Under the pieces are notes generated by a model that was not told the DNA's origin, did not search any database, and saw nothing but the letters and a program-made list of their open reading frames with translations. Below are positions 56,701-64,000 of a stretch of 64,000 nucleotides of DNA, in pieces (the stretch's first letter is position 1; every line of letters begins with the position of its first letter). The translations under genes were made by a program, and so were the position numbers. Origin of the DNA: a virus (lineage: Duplodnaviria; Heunggongvirae; Uroviricota; Caudoviricetes); IMG/VR virus record IMGVR_UViG_3300029305_002265. One strand, 5' to 3'.

Positions 56701-59148
56701 ACTGCGGAAGAACAAGCTAAAAAGGCACAACTAGAAAAAGATATTGAAAATGCCGATAAGGCTATAGCGGAACAAGACAAAGAGATTGAAAAGCTTCAAG
56801 GTAATTATGATCTTGTTAGTGGATTGAATAAAGATAATATTGGCGATGTATTCAAATCTGATGACCTTGAAGACCCGGAAGATGCAGAAAAGAAGAAGCA
56901 GGACGACATTAAAGACGGTTGGGAAGCTTTGCTTTCTAAATACGAAAACCAGCTTGCTCTCCTTTCTAACGAACGCGATCTTATTCAAGCCGAAATTGAC
57001 AAAGCTGAAACGCAAGGTGGCAAGGCGTCTACAAAGTATTATGATGACCTAATCGACAATTCTAATACCGAAAAGGAGCTATTAATACAAAAGAAAGCCG
57101 CGCTTGAAGAGTATCTTACGGCTAACGCTGGCGCAATCGACCAAGATACTTGGACTGATTACAACAACGAAATCAATGCAACCGCTGTTGCCATAAAAGA
57201 GTGTGAAATTAATACAATCGAATGGGAAGAAGCCATTCGCGAAATTGATTTACATTACTTCGAGCAAATCACAGATGAGATTTCTCGTCTCGGCGAAGAG
57301 CTTGATTTTGTTAACAGTCTTCTTGAGGACGAAGAGGTTGCCGACGAAAATGGCAATTGGAGCTCTGCGGCACTTACCCGTATGGGTCTGTACACTCAGC
57401 AGATGGAGAAGGCTGCCACGGAAGCAGCAATGTACCAAGATGAACTTGACAAGGTTAATGAACAATATAAAAATGGTGAATTAAGCGAAGAACAATATCA
57501 AGAGAAATTATCTAACCTTGTGAGCGGACAACAAGATGCCATTGAATCTTATAAAGATGCCAAGGATAGTATCGTTGAAATGAATGAGGCGCGTATTGAT
57601 GCTATTCGTGAGGGTATAGAAAAAGAGATCGAGGCATATGAAGATTTGATTGATGCAAAAAAAGAAGAACTTGATGCCGAAAGAGATTTATATGATTTTA
57701 GAAAAAATATAAAAAATCAAACAAAAGAAATTTCAGAATTAGAACGCCGTATCGCAAGCTTGAGTGGTAGTTCTGCGGCTTCAGATATAGCTGAACGTCG
57801 TAAACTTGAAGCTCAACTTATGGAAGCAAAAGAGGGCTTAAACGATACATATTATGACCATAGTCGCGATGCCCAGTCCCAAGCTCTCGATGAAGAATCT
57901 GAAGCATTTGCTCTTTCTAAAGAACGATATATTGAGCAGTTAGAGGAACAGTTAAAAGACACTCAAACTCTTATCGAAAATAGCATAATGGACGTTATGC
58001 TCAATGCAGATATTGTTTATACAGAACTTAACGAGCTCGCAGATTTGTATGGTATTGACTTATCCGATTCGTTAACATTACCTTGGAAGAACGCATCTGC
58101 TCAGGCGATTAAGTGGAAAGATGAACTAAAAGAGAGTATGACTGCGGGTGAGTATGCAGCGTTGATAGGCGAGGGCGGAGCAATTACTGGGTTTGCAAAT
58201 GGCGTCGCCGCTAAATTGCAGGGTTCATGGAGTAAAGCACAGACTGCGGCAAAGAATTATGCTGGATATTTAACTGGTACGGAGTTGAAGAATAAGTTCA
58301 CCAATACTCTGACCGGTTTTGGTAGTCAGATCCAGAGTATTATCGATAAATGGAATGGCGTTAAAGCTGCAGCTGATGCCGCTTATACTGCACAAACACG
58401 CGAAGTAACTGTTGGCGGTACAGGTTCTAATACAACTGGCGATAGCGATTCGGGGTCTGGTGGTGGGGGCGGTAGTACAACACCCCCAACGAAACCTACA
58501 ATTCCAAAATCCGCAACCGCATATCTTAAAATCGGCAATACTGTCTATTCTGCAATTGGTTCTGGCACATCATTATCGTTAGCACAAACTGCGGCTACTG
58601 GTAATGTGGTGCAAAAGGCGTACAACGCTTATAAGGCGATGGGTTATGATGATTCATGGATAGACAAGCGTTATTCAACGTGGAAGAAGAACGTTACGTT
58701 TACTAAGCCACCAGTCGCCGTTAAGAGTAATGCCAATATTCGTCAGAACTTGATGTATGCGAAAGGTACAACTGGCACTACTCGTGACCAGTGGGCAATT
58801 ACAGACGAACCAAAATTCGGAGACGAATTAACCATGTATGCAACTCCCGAGGGTACGCTTTCATTTATGAGAGCCGGAAGCACCGTTATTCCAGCTGACT
58901 TAACACGGGAATTAATCGATCTTCCAAAGGTTGTTGATGGCTTAATTAATAGACCGAAGTTTGATTCTGGTATTAACATGATTGCTAACGCAATTAATAA
59001 GCCAGAAATTGTTATTGATGTAGAGAACTTCTTAAAGGTTGACAGAGTTGACAAGGACAGTCTTCCTCAACTTGAAGCAATGATGGATAAAAAGATTGAT
59101 ACATTCGCTCGTCAACTCAATTACTCTATCAAGAAATTTAGCAGATAA
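53736..59148 (+). CDS. Tape measure protein, exon 3
   Basis: LREMAEAWEDM...LMGGKRQANVL; hydrophobic middle; long coiled coil; C-terminal YAKGT...AITDE. Track start 53698 is intronic. Confidence 0.9.
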
Positions 59149-59161
59149 AACAAACAATTAC

Positions 59162-59198
59162 TTAGCATTTGGTGGGGATTACTCCCCACCTTTGCTAA
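59162..59198 (+). terminator. Strong hairpin, probable terminator
   Basis: TTAGCA...GGTGGGGA-TTAC-TCCCCACC...TGCTAA. Confidence 0.65.
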
Positions 59199-59259
59199 AT
59201 TATAAGGAGAAACTTTAAATGAACAAAAATATTGAAGTAGTTAAGGAGGGAAAACCACT

Positions 59260-60249
59260 ATGGTAAGTCCTCATAGAATAAAATATAACAATATATTTAG
59301 TAACGAACTAAATATACCAGATCTTATTATGTGCGTCGCTATGGATAGTGACAATGGCGAAACCCCCTCATTCTTAAACAGAGAGGCGGTGTCTTCTGAG
59401 TCACATGATGGTCGCTATAAAAGAATTCATAGATTTAAATTCACAGAAACATTTGCACCCAAGTTTACATTTTTCAAGAAGGATTTTAGTAATTTTGACA
59501 TAGACGAAGTGCGTGTGGTTTTAAAGTGGTTGACATCAAAAGATACCACTTCTCTGCTTGAGGTCTATTATGACGATAGTAATGTAGTAATTTGGGCAAG
59601 TATTGGCGGATTTGTAGATTTACAAACCTATAAACTTGCTAATAACCGTACTATTGCGATAACTGCAACTTGGGATAGTATATCGCCATTTGCTCTTTCT
59701 GACCTCTATACTGTCACCAAAACAATAACATCAACAGACAATAAAATTATAATTAACATAGATACAGACGACAATAAACCTGTTTATCCTCGAATTACAA
59801 TTCAGGAAAAAGGATCTGTAGTTCGTATTGCAGATGGCACAACATTAACTTATCTGTCCGATATGGTTGAGAATACAGTGTATTACAATGGCACAACATA
59901 TTACTGGAAAACTGCCGACAGCACTGACCCGGCGTATTTTCATTCGTCTACAACTAACCCTAATTTGAGTACGACAAGCGCAAGGATTACTAACAGACAT
60001 ACGGACTTTTTGAATCAGTCTACCACACTTACTCCTACCATAGTTAAGAATAATAATAATTCAGAAGAGGTAGTGCTTGACGGAGCCAACAAGGTTATCT
60101 CTAGTTCTAGCGTCAATCGTGTATTCGATGATGATTTTGTAAACTGGAATTGGTTGATGTTGCTTGATGGCAAAAACGAGATTACTATAGAGGGCAACTG
60201 TATGGTGACTATCGAATATAGGGAACCTCGCAAAGTAGGCGAATACTAA
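59260..60249 (+). CDS. Distal tail (Dit)-like protein
   Basis: 329 aa directly after the tape measure gene; ends W..LLDGKNEITIEGNC.VTIEYREPRKVG. Confidence 0.7.
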   Translation: MVSPHRIKYNNIFSNELNIPDLIMCVAMDSDNGETPSFLNREAVSSESHDGRYKRIHRFKFTETFAPKFTFFKKDFSNFDIDEVRVVLKWLTSKDTTSLLEVYYDDSNVVIWASIGGFVDLQTYKLANNRTIAITATWDSISPFALSDLYTVTKTITSTDNKIIINIDTDDNKPVYPRITIQEKGSVVRIADGTTLTYLSDMVENTVYYNGTTYYWKTADSTDPAYFHSSTTNPNLSTTSARITNRHTDFLNQSTTLTPTIVKNNNNSEEVVLDGANKVISSSSVNRVFDDDFVNWNWLMLLDGKNEITIEGNCMVTIEYREPRKVGEY

Positions 60250-60261
60250 GGTGGTGGTTAT

Positions 60262-63200
60262 ATGAAACTATTTATCCCGAAGGATTATTTTAATAACCCA
60301 ACACCACCAGAAATATATCTTTGTAACACATCGAAGCGTACACTTGGTCAACTGCCAGCTTATGACAGAAGAGGAACGTTTAAGTGGAATACATATTCTG
60401 AAATACAGTTCTCTGTTGACAGAACTTATGTGGATATACTTACCGGAGAAACAAAAGTTCACCCTTTGTTCGACAAGGTAGAAAGCCCTCGTAATGTATA
60501 TGTGAAAAATATTGGATATTTTTCATTGCAGGATATTGATACAAGCCATGGTGATAAAGATACGAAGACGGTTACCGCCTTCAGTTTAGAATATTCAACC
60601 TTGGGTACAAAATATCTGACCAACTTTAAAGTCAATAAGGGTGAGGTTGATTCAAAGGAAGTCATATATCTTGCGAGTTTGTACGGTGAAGACTATAGCC
60701 CAACAGGAGACAGTTTATATACGAAAGCTACTGCTGCGTTTGACCCATATGAAAGTTATTATATAAAAGATTATACAGATAATAATTCGTACACTTGGAA
60801 TCAGGTAGAAATTAGCGACGCATCGGTTTACGCCACATATGATGGTTCAACAGTTGCTACAACACTATATGTTAAAAAATATCCTAATGTAAGATTTTAT
60901 TATCCTACAAAGCCAGAATTGAGCCTTCTGCATCTTATTTTAGAATCTGTTCCCGAGTGGAAAATAGGCAATGTTGATGCAACGCTTTGGCGCAAAGAAA
61001 GAAGTTTCGACGAAAGCCGAGTGGCGATATACGACTTCTTGACTGGTACCGTAGCAGATACATTTGGTTGCGTCGTGGAATTCGATACTTTGACAAGTAC
61101 CATAAACATCTATGAAGAAGTGGATGATGGCATAACTGAGGATAACGAGGTTGCTACTAGATGGGCAACGGATGTTATGGTCTCTCGTGACAATCTAGCT
61201 AACGAGATTAACATTTCTTATAGCTCCGACAATATCAAAACAAAACTTACTGTTTCTGGTGCTGATGATTTAAATATTAGCGAAATCAATCTTGGTCGAA
61301 ATGAAATTATGAATCTTAGTTTTTATCATACTACCGATTGGATGGAACAAGACTTATTTGAAGCTTATGACGACTATCTTGAGGCTGTTGAGGAGGCTAA
61401 CACAGGTTTAGATAAAAATGGACTATCTAGCACAATATATCCAATGTCTTATTCTGATGCTGTGCAAAAATGGGTGGCCGCTTATAATAAGTGGGATGAC
61501 CTAATGAATGCCGTTCCGGCAGAGAATGATACTGTGCTTATTGGCGATGAATTTAAGAAGCTATATTGTATGTACACACCAATAGATACGGCATTTGTTA
61601 AGACAACAATTCCAGAAGCGAGTCCAACTTCAGAGTTTGATATTATTTATTCCGATCCTGAGTGTACGACGGCGATTGTAGAGATGAGTCTATCTAATAA
61701 TGCAACATTTATTATTCAGGGATACGCATACGCTTATAACTCTACAACGGGTAAATTTGCATATGTTCGTCGTGTCGCTACTACAACAGCACTCGATGCG
61801 TTGGTTGAAAAACTTGGTTTGTATCACGTTGATGAAGACACCAAGGGTACCAAAAATGACAATGTATTATTAAAGCTAAAGAATGCCAACTCTGATATTG
61901 CTACTATTCGCATTTACGACCCAAAGCGTTTAGTAAACGATAATTATAAGGATGGCGTTCGATATTACACTAGATCTGTTAGTGCCTCTGGTGTTGAAAC
62001 ATACACGAGGGTTTATATTAACTCTGCTACAGAATTTGCAGCATATGATAAAAACTCATTATATACCAACAACTATACAATTCAAAGCGTTGTGGTTAGA
62101 GCAACAAGCGGTTTGTCTGATGCTCCATCTTATTGGAGTATAGCCAACGAGAACATCTCTGACGGTGATAACATTGGGCAATTTACCGAGTGGATTAAGG
62201 GTAACCTCACTGCCGAGGCAATGGATTTAGAAGGTTATACTGTTTCTTATATTGGTACAATGGGTGCGTATCTTGTTTTAGCGGAGAACGAATTTGTGAT
62301 GACCGATGATGGACCGGTTCCATCAAAAGATTATTTGAGAACATATGGTGTTAATCTTCTTAAAGAGAAGCATGAAATTTATACTACCATATTCCAAACA
62401 CAAACCGAGGCAATGTACTCTCAAGAAGATTATCAGTGTGTTGCGAGTGCCGAGCCTCCGACAGGTACAATTGCAAATGAGACAAGATGGTTTGATACAG
62501 ATAGTAATCCACCCACATTGTATAAGTGGAATGGTCAAAGCTGGGCTTATGTTGAGACGGATGCCGATCCTGCCGATTTGGAAAATTATCAGCGATATAT
62601 AGATAATTATCTAAAGCTTCAAGCAGTACAAGAGGTGTTACTTGAGAAAACACGCGAAGCAGAATATTGCCTGAATGGGTATTCTGTTCCAGATAGAAAA
62701 ATTGACATTTCTTTATATGCAGAAGATAGCGATGGCACGTTAAGATATAATGGACAAACTTTAGAAGAGAATATGCATAGAGCAGCGCAAGAACATTTTA
62801 CCACACGTGGAGCTAATGGCGAAGGCGTGACAATGTATAATGTTGTAAGAAAAGCATTTAACGACAAATTACCGCTATATACTTTTACTACAGCTTTTGA
62901 TCCAGATAGTACATTTGCAGTTTATCTTAGCGGTACAACCCCGTATGTCGCTTATGCAGATTCTCGTGGTGTATATCAGATGATTAGAAACTATATTCGT
63001 GATAAGACAGAGATGTCAAATTTCTTTACTGAAGATCAATGGATTAGGCTATCTCCTTTTATTAGAGAGGACGAGTTTAATGACTCCAACTTCTTACTGA
63101 CGGGATATGAGTCGGAGGAAGAAAGAATGAGTATCTGTGAAGAACTTATGGAGGCGGCAAATAAGGAGCTAAACACCTTATGTCAGCCTAGCCTTGAGTT

Positions 63201-64000
63201 CTCTATGACTATGGCTAACATTTTGGCATTACCTGAATTTGCACCTCTTATAGACCAGTTCCAGCTTGGTAACTTTATTCGAGTTCACATCAGGGATGGA
63301 TATATCAAGAGGTCGAGATTACTTGAAGTTGATTTGAATTTTGATGATTTAAGCGATTTTAATGCCACATTCGGTAACTTGGTCACTACAAAATCAGAGA
63401 TCGATAAGCACGCCGAATTACTTGCCCAGGCAGTATCTGCGGGTAAGCAGGTGGCTACTGCTGCGAGTGATTGGCAGAGAGCTGTTGACAAATCAAATAA
63501 ACTGGAAGAGGCAATAGCAAGTGGTCTTCAGGACGCTGCTCTGCAAGTTGGTCGAGCGAGTGGACAGGCAATTTCGTGGGACCAAAATGGATTCTTCTGT
63601 AGAAAGTTTTTAGACGGTACTACTGACCAATATGAAAACGAACAAATAGCAATTATCAACAATAAAATTGTTTTCACAAATGATGGTTGGCAAACTAGTA
63701 AGGCTGCACTTGGTGAATTCCAAGTGGATACCAATGGCGATGGTGTGGCAGAGACGATGTATGGACTTCTCGCCGACGCTGTAGTTTCGGGCTATGTCAA
63801 AGGTTCTGTCATTGAGGGTGGTTCTCTGAAAATCGGTGGCACTGGTGGAACATTTATTGTAAATGAAGACGGTTCTGTTCAAATCCTCGGTCCAGACGCG
63901 GAGACACCGGTTTATGCAACAAAGGATTCTGTTGATTTAGTTAATAATGCTCGTCAGTATTATACCGAACTTGTATACAGTGGTTCAACCATATTTACAG
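60262..64000 (+). CDS. Tal/baseplate hub-tail spike protein (3' truncated; absent from ORF track)
   Basis: ATG 60262 behind GGTGGTGG; frame open wherever checked up to the window end (MKLFIPKDYFNNPTPPEIYLCN...QPSLEFSMTMANIL...QFQLGNFIRV...); position after Dit. Confidence 0.75.
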   Translation, partial: MKLFIPKDYFNNPTPPEIYLCNTSKRTLGQLPAYDRRGTFKWNTYSEIQFSVDRTYVDILTGETKVHPLFDKVESPRNVYVKNIGYFSLQDIDTSHGDKDTKTVTAFSLEYSTLGTKYLTNFKVNKGEVDSKEVIYLASLYGEDYSPTGDSLYTKATAAFDPYESYYIKDYTDNNSYTWNQVEISDASVYATYDGSTVATTLYVKKYPNVRFYYPTKPELSLLHLILESVPEWKIGNVDATLWRKERSFDESRVAIYDFLTGTVADTFGCVVEFDTLTSTINIYEEVDDGITEDNEVATRWATDVMVSRDNLANEINISYSSDNIKTKLTVSGADDLNISEINLGRNEIMNLSFYHTTDWMEQDLFEAYDDYLEAVEEANTGLDKNGLSSTIYPMSYSDAVQKWVAAYNKWDDLMNAVPAENDTVLIGDEFKKLYCMYTPIDTAFVKTTIPEASPTSEFDIIYSDPECTTAIVEMSLSNNATFIIQGYAYAYNSTTGKFAYVRRVATTTALDALVEKLGLYHVDEDTKGTKNDNVLLKLKNANSDIATIRIYDPKRLVNDNYKDGVRYYTRSVSASGVETYTRVYINSATEFAAYDKNSLYTNNYTIQSVVVRATSGLSDAPSYWSIANENISDGDNIGQFTEWIKGNLTAEAMDLEGYTVSYIGTMGAYLVLAENEFVMTDDGPVPSKDYLRTYGVNLLKEKHEIYTTIFQTQTEAMYSQEDYQCVASAEPPTGTIANETRWFDTDSNPPTLYKWNGQSWAYVETDADPADLENYQRYIDNYLKLQAVQEVLLEKTREAEYCLNGYSVPDRKIDISLYAEDSDGTLRYNGQTLEENMHRAAQEHFTTRGANGEGVTMYNVVRKAFNDKLPLYTFTTAFDPDSTFAVYLSGTTPYVAYADSRGVYQMIRNYIRDKTEMSNFFTEDQWIRLSPFIREDEFNDSNFLLTGYESEEERMSICEELMEAANKELNTLCQPSLEFSMTMANILALPEFAPLIDQFQLGNFIRVHIRDGYIKRSRLLEVDLNFDDLSDFNATFGNLVTTKSEIDKHAELLAQAVSAGKQVATAASDWQRAVDKSNKLEEAIASGLQDAALQVGRASGQAISWDQNGFFCRKFLDGTTDQYENEQIAIINNKIVFTNDGWQTSKAALGEFQVDTNGDGVAETMYGLLADAVVSGYVKGSVIEGGSLKIGGTGGTFIVNEDGSVQILGPDAETPVYATKDSVDLVNNARQYYTELVYSGSTIFT

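Noticed and set aside
1-64000. Genome-wide TAG-to-Gln recoding (code 15)
   Set aside because: Long structural ORFs are intact under code 11, TAG ends terL and the intron B endonuclease, and none of the 8 tRNAs has a CUA anticodon.
46187-64000. Lytic domains (SLT, M23, NlpC/P60) in the tape measure or Tal protein, and lysis genes
   Set aside because: No recognisable catalytic motifs by eye; a profile search would be needed.

Overview
A 64-kb segment of a large tailed dsDNA phage, probably siphovirus-like and infecting a low-GC Firmicute. Every convincing gene is on the + strand, and the gene order resembles the Bacillus SPbeta yonO-to-yom late region. From left to right: the C-terminal end of a probable YonO-like RNA polymerase; a ClpP-like protease; a beta-CASP MBL nuclease; a YonK-like protein; an array of 8 tRNAs; HU; a metallophosphoesterase; the terminase-portal-protease/scaffold-capsid-neck module; and a major tail gene. 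A ~23-kb island of fibre, adhesin and glycosyltransferase genes follows, then a tape measure gene, a Dit-like gene and a Tal-like gene that runs off the window. Three group I introns sit in virion genes. Two split the tape measure gene into three exons that rejoin into a 3527-aa ORF. One sits at codon 6 of the major tail gene, and its canonical splice sites do not restore the reading frame. Other notable signals are a recurrent ACAAAATGATT motif (candidate phage late promoter), a tRNA-sized pseudoknot element ending in ACCA inside the tRNA array, atypical tRNA-Tyr and tRNA-His, a kinase-like domain in the tape measure protein, and tandem GT2 genes among the fibre genes. All family assignments come from motifs recognised by eye, without database searches.
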